DNA of 64,000 nucleotides. Source: Candidatus Woesearchaeota archaeon (GTDB lineage: Archaea > Nanobdellota > Nanobdellia > Woesearchaeales > DSVV01). Shown piece by piece: positions 1 to 9,175 of the stretch. The position numbers were made by a program, and so were the translations under genes. The DNA lies in the NCBI GenBank assembly GCA_018303325.1, contig JAGVYH010000067.1:4167-68166 (forward strand). The letters are read 5' to 3'. Below the pieces are notes generated by a model that was not told the origin of the DNA, ran no database searches, and was given only the letters and a program-made list of their open reading frames with translations. The stretch's first letter is position 1. Each line of letters opens with the position of its first letter.

Positions 1-186
1 AAAACCATAGCTTCCAAAATAATCTGTGTTCCATATAGATGGCTTTTTAGCATCTGCTCTTTTGCCTGTTCCTGCCATACCATAACCGCCCCTATGGCCA
101 CTGCCACGATGCTTTTTCTTAGCACCCCAACCGTGAGTATGTGTTCCTCGTTGTCTGGATGTTTTTCTTCTTCTTCTTGCTGGCAT
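1..186 (-). CDS. rpl15: 50S ribosomal protein L15 (uL15), N-terminal part. The gene continues past the window start.
   Basis: Reverse complement of 1..186 translates to [43 protein letters not shown]..., a typical uL15 N-terminus. It sits at the expected position after L30 in the archaeal cluster. Confidence 0.8.
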   Translation of the reverse strand, partial: MPARRRRKTSRQRGTHTHGWGAKKKHRGSGHRGGYGMAGTGKRADAKKPSIWNTDYFGSYGF

Positions 187-306
187 TTTTAATCACATCA
201 TGTTTATTTTTATATTCAATTATGTTACATTACTTTTATTATCGTACATTATTTTTATTATCGCGTTATATTGCATTAAATTATAATTATTATTCGATTT
301 AATAAC

Positions 307-771
307 TTAATGAATCATCCTGTGTATTATCTCATTAATTTTTGCTCCCCTATAACCCAGGGCGCCGCCTATCTTAAATGGTCTTTTTATACCTTTTCGA
401 CCGTATCCTTTCAAAGGAGCATTTAATCTGAAAAATGATTTTGTCTTTTTTTTGTCGTCTGGGTTTGGCTCGCCCTTTTCTTCAATCAATCTTTTTAAGG
501 TTGCTTCGTCAATCTCTCCCCATGTGACAGTATCTTTAACCTTTTTTATCATACCCATGATTGAAGGTGTAGCTTTATGTACACTGCAATAATTTACTCT
601 GTATACATTTAACATACCTAAAGTATCATTTATTTTTTCACTGACCCTTAAATTGCCCCTAACCCTTATAACTGCAATTAAAGGTTCCTGACCTTCAGGG
701 GTTGGTGCTACATTTACATTAGTTTTTCCTTTAGCTTCTTTCATGTTTTTTTTTCCTTTAGCTTCTTTCAT
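307..771 (-). CDS. rpl30: 50S ribosomal protein L30 (uL30)
   Basis: uL30 motif PLIAVIRVRGN..VS..I..TL..L.L.R.N. The N-terminus carries a 27-nt tandem duplication (MKEAKGKKN-MKEAKGKTN), so the true start may be the second Met. Confidence 0.85.
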   Translation of the reverse strand: MKEAKGKKNMKEAKGKTNVNVAPTPEGQEPLIAVIRVRGNLRVSEKINDTLGMLNVYRVNYCSVHKATPSIMGMIKKVKDTVTWGEIDEATLKRLIEEKGEPNPDDKKKTKSFFRLNAPLKGYGRKGIKRPFKIGGALGYRGAKINEIIHRMIH

Positions 772-779
772 GTGTATCC

Positions 780-1730
780 TTACTCTTCTTCAACATTAGT
801 ATCATCTATTGCATTAGACGATATTGATGATTGTAATTTTCCTTCAACAACATTCATATCTTTTTTTTGTGTATAGGATAATCTTGTTCTCAATAAATTA
901 TCTAAAGCCTGAACGCATGCTTTTAAATGATTCATTTTTGTTCCTGTTTGACCGCCTGATTTTGACCATACATCTTTTATTCCAGCTAGTTTCAGGATTT
1001 TTGCACTTTCTTTTTCTACACATAATCCTGTACCTTTTGGAGCAGGGAATAATTTAACAATTGAAGAACCGCATTTGCCTTCTACTTGGAAAGGTATTGT
1101 ATGCGGATTTCCGCAATTGCATTCCCATGATCCACAACCGCGCGAAATCTTGCGAACATTTAATTTTGCCTGCCTAATTGCTTTTTCTCTTGCAGGAACT
1201 GTTTCCTTTGCTTTTCCATAACCAACACCAAAATAACCATTTTTATTGCCGACAACAGCATATGTTGCAAAATGTGGTTTGTTGCCTTCTTTTGTTTTTT
1301 TCTGTGTTTGCCTGAATACTCTTCTTTGACCGCCGCCAAATTTACCTTTTGACTGACCAATCATCAATAAATCTGTTTCCAAGTCAGGCATTAAAGCATC
1401 AACTATTTCTGATTCAAGGATTTTCAGACCATTATCCAATATATGATCAATATCATTAATTTCTCCGCTTTTTACTTTTTTACCAACACTTGTTTTTGGT
1501 GTCCATTTATCTTTGTTGAATGACTTTGCAGGAAGTTGTTTTTCTTCTTCTTTCTTCTCAATCTCTTCTTTTGAAATTACTTCAACAACTTCACTTGGTT
1601 CAACAACAGGTTTCATATCTAAATCTTCAGCTACTTCAGCTTTAGATGATGCTTTTATGTTATCTTCTTTTATTTTGTCTTCACTTGATTCTTTTTGTTC
1701 TTTGGTTTTTCTTGTTTTTTCTTTTGCCAT
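780..1730 (-). CDS. rps5: 30S ribosomal protein S5 (uS5) with a ~100-aa Lys/Glu-rich N-terminal extension
   Basis: uS5 core GGQRRVFRQTQKKTKEGNKPHFATYAVVGNKNGYFGVGYGKAKET, at the expected position in the cluster. Confidence 0.9.
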   Translation of the reverse strand: MAKEKTRKTKEQKESSEDKIKEDNIKASSKAEVAEDLDMKPVVEPSEVVEVISKEEIEKKEEEKQLPAKSFNKDKWTPKTSVGKKVKSGEINDIDHILDNGLKILESEIVDALMPDLETDLLMIGQSKGKFGGGQRRVFRQTQKKTKEGNKPHFATYAVVGNKNGYFGVGYGKAKETVPAREKAIRQAKLNVRKISRGCGSWECNCGNPHTIPFQVEGKCGSSIVKLFPAPKGTGLCVEKESAKILKLAGIKDVWSKSGGQTGTKMNHLKACVQALDNLLRTRLSYTQKKDMNVVEGKLQSSISSNAIDDTNVEEE

Positions 1731-1760
1731 TGTTTATTACCTTGATTGTATTTTAATTAT

Positions 1761-2360
1761 TTATTTTTGTGTTGATTTATCTTGTGGAGGAATATTTCCT
1801 TTTATTATTTTTTCTTTTATTGCATTGAATTCAACAGGCATATTTTCAAAAGATGTATGTTTTAATTTTGAATATTGAAACGTATTCTGGCCTTTTATCT
1901 TGTTAAAATGAGTTAAGATATGTTTGCCTGAAAGTCTGTCTTCAGACGGATACATTTCTTTACCACATGGGATTACTAATCCACCGTCATTAACACCTTT
2001 CACAGCAGCATAAATCTTTGAACCCTTTACGTTTGTATGCAGCCCTGCGTCAAGTATTGCTTCTTTCACTTTTTTGCTTAATGCTAGTTTTCCCATTATC
2101 AAACCACCAAGATATGCTGCTGAAAGATTCTTTTTTGAATATTTCCAACCCATTTTTTCAAGTGATTTGGTATTGTATGAAATTATAACCTTGTCTCCTG
2201 CTGCCTGATATTCTACCAATTGAAGTAATAAATATTTTAAAGACTTTCGGATAACTAATCTTGGCGTTCTTGATTTCAACAATTTAAGCCGTTTATAATA
2301 GTTAGTTCTACCTTCTCTCTTTCTTCTGTATTGAACATTTACTTTTTTTCGGTTTACCAT
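1761..2360 (-). CDS. rpl18: 50S ribosomal protein L18 (uL18)
   Basis: uL18 N-terminus NVQYRRKREGRTNYYKRLKLLKSRTPRLVIRKS. Confidence 0.9.
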   Translation of the reverse strand: MVNRKKVNVQYRRKREGRTNYYKRLKLLKSRTPRLVIRKSLKYLLLQLVEYQAAGDKVIISYNTKSLEKMGWKYSKKNLSAAYLGGLIMGKLALSKKVKEAILDAGLHTNVKGSKIYAAVKGVNDGGLVIPCGKEMYPSEDRLSGKHILTHFNKIKGQNTFQYSKLKHTSFENMPVEFNAIKEKIIKGNIPPQDKSTQK

Positions 2361-2429
2361 TGTGTGTTTCCTTATTTTTATTTGTTTGAATTTTTTGTTT
2401 ATGTGAATTAAGTGTATACTGTTTAAGTT

Positions 2430-2927
2430 TTACAAATTTGAACTTTTTTCTGAGCTTTTTTCTTTTCTTTGCACTAATTTATTTTCAGCTATATAATGTT
2501 GAAGATGCTTCTTACTTCTGAAAAAGCCGCCTTTTGCTTTCAAGTATAACATTCTGTAAACATCTGATAATATTAATTCATTATCTTTCATTGTTTTCAA
2601 CAATCTTCTCTGCAATCGTATTTTATTTATCCATTCCCTTTTTGATGGGTTTCTTGCATTTGCAGTTCCTTTTCTTTTTCCTTGGCCTCTTTGTCTTCCT
2701 TTTTTTCTTTGTTCATGCTTTTGTTTTGCTCTTACCCTTGAAACACCTTTTTTCTGAACTTTGTGTATAGCCCCTTCACTAACTAATCCTCTTAAATCAG
2801 CTTTAGTGATTGCTTCTTTTATGTCAGACAATCTTTCCTGATCAAAGACTACTCTTTTCTTTGAGCAGCCTAAAATATCTGCTGCGATTCTTTTCTGAAC
2901 AATTAAATTCATTTTAACAACCTTCAT
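2430..2927 (-). CDS. rpl19e: 50S ribosomal protein L19e
   Basis: eL19 N-terminus MNLIVQKRIAADILGCSKKRVVFD. Confidence 0.9.
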   Translation of the reverse strand: MKVVKMNLIVQKRIAADILGCSKKRVVFDQERLSDIKEAITKADLRGLVSEGAIHKVQKKGVSRVRAKQKHEQRKKGRQRGQGKRKGTANARNPSKREWINKIRLQRRLLKTMKDNELILSDVYRMLYLKAKGGFFRSKKHLQHYIAENKLVQRKEKSSEKSSNL

Positions 2928-2945
2928 TAATTAAACTCATATTAA

Positions 2946-3560
2946 TTAAAATCCTGTGCCTTTCGAAGTTAACAATTTATCCTTCACTTTTTTTTCTTCT
3001 TCTTTTTTCTGTTCTTCAGATAATTCTTCTTTTGCAATTGTATCAATTGTTTTTTCCTTTTTAGATTCTTTCTTTTTCTCTTCTTCTTTTTGCTGTTTTT
3101 CCTTTGACTCTTTTTGAAGTTTCTTGTTTTTCAATGCATCTGTCTTTTCTTTAAGGAATTCTGAAGGATGTTTAACATTCTCCAAGTTAATTTTAAGTTC
3201 AATTGCCTTCTTTACTATTTCAAGCTTGAGTTTCAAACCAACTGTTGAACCAATTACTGCTGATTGTGTCTTTGTATTAATTTCAACCAGTTCTTTAACA
3301 TTATGAACAAGTACTGGGAACAATCCTGTTCTCAGCATACCTCTTACTTCTTGAGGAGATTTATAGCCTTTGGTAACAAGTTTAAGGTTGCCTCTTTGAT
3401 GAAGTCTCATCTTGCTGTGCATACCCTTTGGTCTTCTCCATTTAATCTTAAGGGTTTTTTTTCTGACAACATCCTGCCTGATAAAGTTTGGCTTTCTTTC
3501 TTTAAGATGTCTTCTCAGTGAAAGCAATCGTTCAGTATTTTTTTCTTCTGTTTGTTTCAT
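2946..3560 (-). CDS. rpl32e: 50S ribosomal protein L32e with a Lys/Glu-rich C-terminal tail
   Basis: eL32 motif KIKWRRPKGMHSKMRLHQRGNLKLVTKGYKSP. Confidence 0.85.
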   Translation of the reverse strand: MKQTEEKNTERLLSLRRHLKERKPNFIRQDVVRKKTLKIKWRRPKGMHSKMRLHQRGNLKLVTKGYKSPQEVRGMLRTGLFPVLVHNVKELVEINTKTQSAVIGSTVGLKLKLEIVKKAIELKINLENVKHPSEFLKEKTDALKNKKLQKESKEKQQKEEEKKKESKKEKTIDTIAKEELSEEQKKEEEKKVKDKLLTSKGTGF

Positions 3561-3645
3561 AGTAATAACCTTTTGTGACTATTTAATATCCTTTATTGTC
3601 TGTTGTTTTTTTATTATCTGTTGTTTTATTATTTTTTAGTATTTA

Positions 3646-3765
3646 TAAAGAGCTTTGAATAACCATCTTTTTATTTGATTTTCAAAGCGGCTCTATTAAA
3701 GGTTTTGACTATTTTATAAGTTATTCAAAACCTTCAATAAGTTATTCAAAACCTTCTATAATTTA
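3646..3765 (+). repeat. Repeat family C, copy C1: two-hairpin element of ~100 nt with the 3' half partly duplicated
   Basis: AGAGCTTTGAATAAC...TTTTCAAAGCGGCTCT forms hairpin 1 and AAGGTTTTGACTATTTTATAAGTTATTCAAAACCTT forms hairpin 2. It is near-identical to copies at 7642, 25136 and 54870 and lies between L6 and L32e. Confidence 0.7.
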
Positions 3766-3814
3766 TTTATCGTTTACATGATAAATATTAAATTGATATT
3801 TGTTATTTATCCTT

Positions 3815-4351
3815 TTAGGATGGTTTTTGTGTTATGAAAATTCCTTGCTGGAATACTCGTGGATCAAATCCATTTCTTGAACCTAATTTTTCTATTAATC
3901 CTGAAGTTTGACCGGCAATTTCAATATCATTTGCTTCGACAGTGATAAATTCACCTTCAACAATAACTTTTACATCAGGATTTAAAATTAATATACGTGG
4001 TATTTTTTCACCGATGAAATTTTTTATAGTAAGCTCTCGATTTTTTACGCTGACTGCCATTGGGAAATGGCCGGGGCATATTTTAAGTTTATACACAAAC
4101 CCTTGTGTAACGCCAGTTAACATATTCTTAATATGTGCAACAATTGATCCCAATTGTGTTTTCTCTTTTTTTGACATTACTGTCAGCGAAAATTTAATTG
4201 TGTTTCCTTCTAACCCCATTTTTACTTTAGGATTATAAAAATTTCTTTTCAATTCCCCTCTTTTGCCTTTCACAGTTAACACTCCTTTTTCTAAGTTAAC
4301 AGTTACACCTTGCGGCACTTCAATTGTTTCTTGATAATTTTTTAATTTCAT
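3815..4351 (-). CDS. rpl6: 50S ribosomal protein L6 (uL6)
   Basis: Two-domain uL6 sequence at the cluster position. Confidence 0.9.
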   Translation of the reverse strand: MKLKNYQETIEVPQGVTVNLEKGVLTVKGKRGELKRNFYNPKVKMGLEGNTIKFSLTVMSKKEKTQLGSIVAHIKNMLTGVTQGFVYKLKICPGHFPMAVSVKNRELTIKNFIGEKIPRILILNPDVKVIVEGEFITVEANDIEIAGQTSGLIEKLGSRNGFDPRVFQQGIFITQKPS

Positions 4352-4391
4352 TTTTAATTTAATTAGTTTGAATGTTTAATAACTAGATGGT

Positions 4392-4784
4392 TTAATAGCA
4401 ATATGCTATCAACTTTCCCCCTGTACTTTTTTTCTTTGCTTCGTTATGTGTAATTAATCCTTTTGATGTTGAGATTATTAATATACCCATGTTTCTCGAT
4501 GGCAAAAATCTTTTCTCAAATTTATCAATCTCTGATTTAGTTACCGGATATCTTGGTTTTATAACACCGCATTTATTAATATTACTTAATAAATTAATCT
4601 CTAAAATGCCGCCCCTGTTATTAGGTATTTCTTTGAACTCGCCGATATATCCTTCTTTTTGAAGTATAGATAAATTTGCTTTAATCATTTTTGAAATTGG
4701 ACTAAATCTGCAAACCTTTCTTCCCAATCTTTCATAAATAAGTATTTGCGAATAAATACTTGCTAATGTATCATTTTGTGCCAT
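4392..4784 (-). CDS. rps8: 30S ribosomal protein S8 (uS8)
   Basis: uS8-like sequence (MAQNDTLASIY...GGKLIAYCY) at the cluster position. Confidence 0.9.
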   Translation of the reverse strand: MAQNDTLASIYSQILIYERLGRKVCRFSPISKMIKANLSILQKEGYIGEFKEIPNNRGGILEINLLSNINKCGVIKPRYPVTKSEIDKFEKRFLPSRNMGILIISTSKGLITHNEAKKKSTGGKLIAYCY

Positions 4785-4880
4785 TTAATCACCTAACGTT
4801 TGAGTATATTTGAGTATAATTTGAGTATATTTTTAGTTTGAGTATTTTTTTATTTTATGGTATTTTAAGTTACATTTCTT

Positions 4881-5111
4881 TTAGCTATATTGCTTGAAAC
4901 CAATCTTCGTTGCAATATCCCTAAAACATTGCCTGCAAAGATGCAGACCATATTTATTTATGTGACCGCCAATTCTCAGGCATCTTCTGCACCTTTTTCT
5001 TGCTTTTCCTGTTTTTCTTAATTTGGGAGTATTATGTTTAAGGTATTTAGTAAGTATAGCTGGTTTAGCTTTGAGCTGTTTTAATGGTTTTTTATAATAA
5101 CTATACGTCAA
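4881..5111 (-). CDS. rps14: 30S ribosomal protein S14 (uS14, zinc-binding type), TTG start
   Basis: CRRC...CRQC zinc ribbon ([27 protein letters not shown]). The initiation codon on the minus strand is TTG, preceded by a strong SD GGAGGAG seen as ctcctcc at 5119..5125. Confidence 0.85.
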   Translation of the reverse strand: MTYSYYKKPLKQLKAKPAILTKYLKHNTPKLRKTGKARKRCRRCLRIGGHINKYGLHLCRQCFRDIATKIGFKQYS

Positions 5112-5137
5112 TTTGTTTCTCCTCCGTTGTTTTTTAT

Positions 5138-5265
5138 TAAATTATACTAAAAGCAATTAATTTTCGAACAAATTAATTGCTTTTGTAAGTTGGAAAGCAA
5201 AGCTTTCTAACTTCTCAGGAATCTCTGATTCCCGAGATATATTTTAGTATATTATTTAAATCTTA
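5138..5265 (+). repeat. Repeat family D-like element (D3): three hairpins flanked by inverted TTTAGTATA(T/A)ATTTAA arms
   Basis: Left arm is attaaattatactaaa and right arm is tttagtatattatttaaa. The internal hairpin AAGCAATTAATTTTCGAACAAATTAATTGCTT shares its loop with the hairpin at 52215..52250. It lies between L5 and S14. Confidence 0.55.
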
Positions 5266-5337
5266 TTTGAGTTTAGTTGATTATTATTTGATTATTTGTT
5301 AATGCTTTTTATTATGTTTACATTTGCATTTTAGGTA

Positions 5338-5871
5338 TTATTTCTCTTTCTCCTCGACAACAATACCAAAATCTTTTTTCATAAATTCTATTGCCTCATC
5401 TTGTGTGATTCTGTGTTTATGGGGGATTACACGATTCATTATCTTTCTGTTTTTCACTCTAAACCCATTTCGGCTCAGTGTGAAACAGACTTGAAATCCA
5501 GTTAATCCAATGTCTGGATTATATTTTACACCAGGAACATCAATATATTCTAAAATACCAAAGGATATATTTCCTTCTTTGTCGAAATTAGTTCTTCTTA
5601 ATTGATTATTCTTTGCTTTCAATAATCTTTTGACAAACTCAAGTTTATCTTTTCCCCTGAGTGTTAACTTGCAGCCGATTGGAAGCCCAGGTCTCAAGCC
5701 CCATGTAGGGATTCTTTTCTGTGTGATTGTTTTTACGGGCAGGATTCCTGTTATGTATTCCAAAAGTTTCATACCTTTTTCTAATACACCCTGCTCCTTA
5801 CCAGCGCCGATGTTTAATGTGATTTTCTCTATTTTTATGTTTCTGTTTTGATTCATTTTCCAGTCACTCAT
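5338..5871 (-). CDS. rpl5: 50S ribosomal protein L5 (uL5)
   Basis: uL5-like sequence at the cluster position. Confidence 0.9.
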   Translation of the reverse strand: MSDWKMNQNRNIKIEKITLNIGAGKEQGVLEKGMKLLEYITGILPVKTITQKRIPTWGLRPGLPIGCKLTLRGKDKLEFVKRLLKAKNNQLRRTNFDKEGNISFGILEYIDVPGVKYNPDIGLTGFQVCFTLSRNGFRVKNRKIMNRVIPHKHRITQDEAIEFMKKDFGIVVEEKEK

Positions 5872-5880
5872 TGATATTAT

Positions 5881-6591
5881 TTATTTTTTATCTTCAGTTT
5901 TTATTAAGGGTGATTCTTTGCCTATCAAAAATGCATAATCTAATAGTGTAACAAATGTTTCATTAGTGGTTGTTTTAAATATAACTTGACTACCTTTAAC
6001 ACCTTCAATTTTAACAACTGATCCTACATGTTGTCCGCCGGTAAGATAGATTGTGTTTCCTTTTTCAAGTTTTAAAACATCAATTGCCTTATGATTTACG
6101 AAATCATATACAATTACATCATTAATTTTAATCTGTTTGTCACTAACTTTTTCATTAAGCATTGTTGTTCCGTTTGTAAAACTCAGTTGGGATTTTCCGC
6201 CTTTAATTGTTGTCTTTTTTGATAATTTAAGCAAAATCAAATTTGCTTCATTGCCGTTTACTTTTACAAGCATTAATTTACCTTTCTTATCGAGCATTAA
6301 CCTGTATGATTCTTTCAAAGGCTTTATATCGATGACATCAAAAATCCCCAAAGGATATTTAATTTCCTTTCTTTTTTCTCCGTTAATCAATAAATCATTA
6401 TTGTTAAGTATGTATTTTATTTCCTTTGCTGTTTTACCAACCTTTAACATATCCCTCAATACAATAATTAAAGGAAGACAATATTTAATCTTTTGTCCTG
6501 TGGTGTTTGGCCTAGCAATAAATTGGTTCTCTTTCCTTTCAACTGCCCATGTATTCGGTGAGTTTAATCTCATTAAGTGATTTTTTCCCAT
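5881..6591 (-). CDS. rps4e: 30S ribosomal protein S4e
   Basis: eS4 N-terminus MGKNHLMRLNSPNTWAV and KOW-like middle. Confidence 0.9.
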   Translation of the reverse strand: MGKNHLMRLNSPNTWAVERKENQFIARPNTTGQKIKYCLPLIIVLRDMLKVGKTAKEIKYILNNNDLLINGEKRKEIKYPLGIFDVIDIKPLKESYRLMLDKKGKLMLVKVNGNEANLILLKLSKKTTIKGGKSQLSFTNGTTMLNEKVSDKQIKINDVIVYDFVNHKAIDVLKLEKGNTIYLTGGQHVGSVVKIEGVKGSQVIFKTTTNETFVTLLDYAFLIGKESPLIKTEDKK

Positions 6592-6650
6592 TTTGTGTTC
6601 CTTCTATTTTGTATATTTTTTGTATATTGTTTGTTTACTTATTGTAAAAA

Positions 6651-6766
6651 GAAAACCGACCACCACCAGTCAATAGACTGGTGGCATTCTCGCCCCATGG
6701 GCTCGGGTCGGTTTTCTTTAACTCTGATTTTTCCACCAGTGAATACACTGATGGAAAAATCAGATT
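6651..6766. other. Structured spacer between L24 and S4e with two copies of the same 22-nt hairpin (CCACCAGT-loop-ACTGGTGG)
   Basis: 6651..6716 is aaaaccgac[caccaccagtcaatagactggtgg]...gtcggtttt, a nested structure. 6724..6766 is tctgatttttccaccagtgaatacactgatggaaaaatcaga, an 18/19 bp stem. Confidence 0.5.
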
Positions 6767-7170
6767 TTAGCCTTCTCTTTGCTTTTATCCTGCTCTTTTG
6801 TTAACTTTTTCATTCTTTTCTTGTCTGATGTATCAAGCTCTATGATCATTAAATTTGATGGCTCAAGCTGTTTGAGGGATTTTGAACCGTCTTTCCTTGT
6901 TTGTTCTACCTTCTCGACAAAAACATAGGATTTCTTTACATTTACTTCTTCTACTCTGCCTGCATGTTTTTTATTGTCCCCTCTCAAAATAACTACTTTA
7001 TCGCCTTTTCTTATTCTTATACATCTTCTTCCATATTTTGCTCTCAATTCTTTGGATAAATGTACATGCAAAAATTTAGATTTGATATGTAATGGAGCAT
7101 TATGCCTATACTTTCTCTGTTTTCTTGGTTGTTTGCTCCCAATCCATGATGTTGAAAATTCTTTTTTCAT
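6760..7170 (-). CDS. rpl24: 50S ribosomal protein L24 (uL24). Start placed at an internal Met; the full ORF extends to 7212.
   Basis: SKQPRKQRKYRHNAPLH...KGDKVVILRGDNKKHAGRV KOW motif. The longer ORF overlaps L14. Confidence 0.8.
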   Translation of the reverse strand: MKKEFSTSWIGSKQPRKQRKYRHNAPLHIKSKFLHVHLSKELRAKYGRRCIRIRKGDKVVILRGDNKKHAGRVEEVNVKKSYVFVEKVEQTRKDGSKSLKQLEPSNLMIIELDTSDKKRMKKLTKEQDKSKEKAKI

Positions 7171-7204
7171 TTTTTGCACCAATATCCTGTTTTTTAATTT
7201 AAAA

Positions 7205-7615
7205 TTATACAATAATGCTTGCTAATTTTGCCACTGATGGCCACCTATAACATGCTTCTTTTGCAATAGGACCTTTAAACATTGTACCCTGCGGATTGCC
7301 TTTGTCGTCTTTCAAAACAACACATGCATTGTCTTCAAATTTGATTCTTGTACCATCTTGTCTTCTGTACTCCTTTTTCTGTCTTACTATAACTGCAAGC
7401 ACCATTTTTTTTCTTATATCTGGTTTACCTGTTTTAACAGCACCCATGATAAGGTCTCCAATTGCAGCAGCTGGTGTTCTGCCCTTTGAAGTTTTTAAAC
7501 CCATAACTGTTACTACCTTAAGCAATTTTGCGCCGCTGTTATCACATACTGTTAATATTGCACCATGCGGCAATCCTCTTGTAATGTTTGATTTTAATCC
7601 TAAAATAATAACCAC
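7205..7615 (-). CDS. rpl14: 50S ribosomal protein L14 (uL14)
   Basis: uL14 motif LTVCDNSGAK... Confidence 0.9.
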   Translation of the reverse strand: MVIILGLKSNITRGLPHGAILTVCDNSGAKLLKVVTVMGLKTSKGRTPAAAIGDLIMGAVKTGKPDIRKKMVLAVIVRQKKEYRRQDGTRIKFEDNACVVLKDDKGNPQGTMFKGPIAKEACYRWPSVAKLASIIV

Positions 7616-7641
7616 CTTTGAATTTATTTTGTTTTTTTGAT

Positions 7642-7742
7642 TATAGAGAGCTTTGAAAAACTCTTTTTTATGATATTTTTCAAAGCAGTTCTATTAAGGA
7701 TTTTGACTATTTGGATAGGTTATTCAAAACCCTCTATATTAA
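7642..7742 (+). repeat. Repeat family C, copy C2
   Basis: TATAGAGAGCTTTGAAAAAC...TTTTCAAAGCAGTTCTATTAAGGATTTTGACTATTT...TTATTCAAAACCCTCTATATT, between S17 and L14. Confidence 0.7.
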
Positions 7743-7754
7743 TTGATTCATGAT

Positions 7755-8078
7755 TCATATTTTTTTTACAACGACAAAATTCTTCGTCTTGCTCAATTTT
7801 TTAGTTTCCATTATTTGAACGTAATCGCCAATCTTGACACACAAGCATAATGGATTATGAGCCCATACTCTTGTTCTTCTTTTTTCTGATCTTTCGTATT
7901 TTGGAACAAATACTCTTCTTTCCCATTCAACAAGAGCATTTTTCTGGAATGTAATTTTTACAACTTTTCCTGTAAAACTCCTGCCTCTGACATTAATTTG
8001 TCCATGAAATGGGCATTTTTTATCATTGCACATTTCCTTTGGAGCAGGAATATCAATTCCTATATTTTTTGCGTTCAT
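7755..8078 (-). CDS. rps17: 30S ribosomal protein S17 (uS17)
   Basis: CNDKKCPFHGQINVRGRSFTGKVV. Confidence 0.9.
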   Translation of the reverse strand: MNAKNIGIDIPAPKEMCNDKKCPFHGQINVRGRSFTGKVVKITFQKNALVEWERRVFVPKYERSEKRRTRVWAHNPLCLCVKIGDYVQIMETKKLSKTKNFVVVKKI

Positions 8079-8154
8079 TTAATTCACCATTAATTTTATT
8101 TGTGATTGTGTTTTGTTTTTATTATGTGTTTATTGATTTGCATTATTATTTGTC

Positions 8155-8439
8155 TTATTTGATTTTTATTCTCTCTTCAGGTTTCTTTTCAAGCAAACTT
8201 CCTTCAACAATATATGTTATTGAATTTTGTGTTACTTGAAATACGCAACCTTTTTTCAACACTTTTTTTTTGTTATTATAATTTTCTTTATTTTTATTTA
8301 ATGTTAATATTGTGAATGTGTGTTTTGTCTCGTCTATGATTTTACCTTCAACATCAATAAGCGACTTATTGGTGGCATTGATAATCTTCACTATGGAACC
8401 AATCCATTCTGAAGTTAATATCTCTTTTTGTTTGTCCAT
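8155..8439 (-). CDS. rnp1: RNase P protein component 1 (Rpp29/Pop4)
   Basis: Canonical position between S17 and SUI1. Motif SEWIGSIVKIINATNKSLIDVEGKIIDETKHTF. Start chosen at the internal Met because the longer ORF (to 8532) overlaps SUI1 by 65 nt. Confidence 0.75.
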   Translation of the reverse strand: MDKQKEILTSEWIGSIVKIINATNKSLIDVEGKIIDETKHTFTILTLNKNKENYNNKKKVLKKGCVFQVTQNSITYIVEGSLLEKKPEERIKIK

Positions 8440-8467
8440 TATTTGGAAAACTGTAACTTTTTTAATG

Positions 8468-8791
8468 TTAATATCGGTCCAAACGATGAATTTCGATTGA
8501 TTCGGGCGCAAAACCCATTGTAACAAGTACATTTCTTACTTGGTTTGAATGATCGCCTTGCAGCTCGATTTTTCCATCCTTGTATGTTCCACCGCACGCA
8601 AAGGTTGATTTTAATTTTTTTGTAAGGTCTTTAATGTCAATCTGTTTTGGGTCAACACCTTCAATTACAGTGTATACTTTCCCAAATTTTTTTTTAATTA
8701 CTTTGACCTTTATGCTTTGCATTTCCTTTGCAATTGTTTCACATACACATAAGTCTTTTGGAAGTCCGCATGTTGAACAAATTTCATTCAT
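8468..8791 (-). CDS. Translation initiation factor SUI1 (aIF1)
   Basis: SUI1 fold signature ...KKFGKVYTVIEGV...KLKSTFACGGT.KDG.IELQGDH... Confidence 0.85.
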   Translation of the reverse strand: MNEICSTCGLPKDLCVCETIAKEMQSIKVKVIKKKFGKVYTVIEGVDPKQIDIKDLTKKLKSTFACGGTYKDGKIELQGDHSNQVRNVLVTMGFAPESIEIHRLDRY

Positions 8792-8866
8792 GCTTTTTTA
8801 CCACCCGTTGTTTTTAACGATTTTTATTTTTGTGTCCAATTTTTTCAAGTTGTTTTATTTTATTCT

Positions 8867-9094
8867 TTATTTTAATTGTTCTTTTTTCTGTTCTCTTGTT
8901 TTAACTGATTTAAGTGACAATATTCTTGCAATATCTTTCCTCAAATTTTTTATCAGTTTTGAATTCTTTAATTGGGTGCCTGTAACCCTCTGAGTGTTCT
9001 GTTTCATTAACTCTTTCCTTAAGTCACTTAGTTTATTATCTAAGTCACCTGCACTCATTGGTTTCAGTTCTTTGAATTTCATAGTTATCATCAA
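8867..9094 (-). CDS. rpl29: 50S ribosomal protein L29 (uL29)
   Basis: ELKPMSAGDLDNKLSDLRKELMKQ. Confidence 0.85.
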   Translation of the reverse strand: MMITMKFKELKPMSAGDLDNKLSDLRKELMKQNTQRVTGTQLKNSKLIKNLRKDIARILSLKSVKTREQKKEQLK

Positions 9095-9175
9095 ATATAT
9101 TTAAGTTTATTTTATCTTGTTTGATGTTATTTGAGTTTATTCTGAATATACATATTTCTTTATTTATTTCTTTAT

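Noticed and set aside
6724-6766. TTCCACCAGTG...CACTGATGGAA as an origin recognition box
   Set aside because: It shares CCAGTG with ORB cores but sits inside the r-protein operon, is duplicated as a simple hairpin, and lacks the G-string. It is more likely an RNA structure.
8155-8532. Long form of the Rpp29 ORF overlapping SUI1 by 65 nt, and long form of the DP1 ORF overlapping cdc6 by 89 nt
   Set aside because: Internal Met codons give non-overlapping genes of the expected sizes. The extensions are not conserved-looking.
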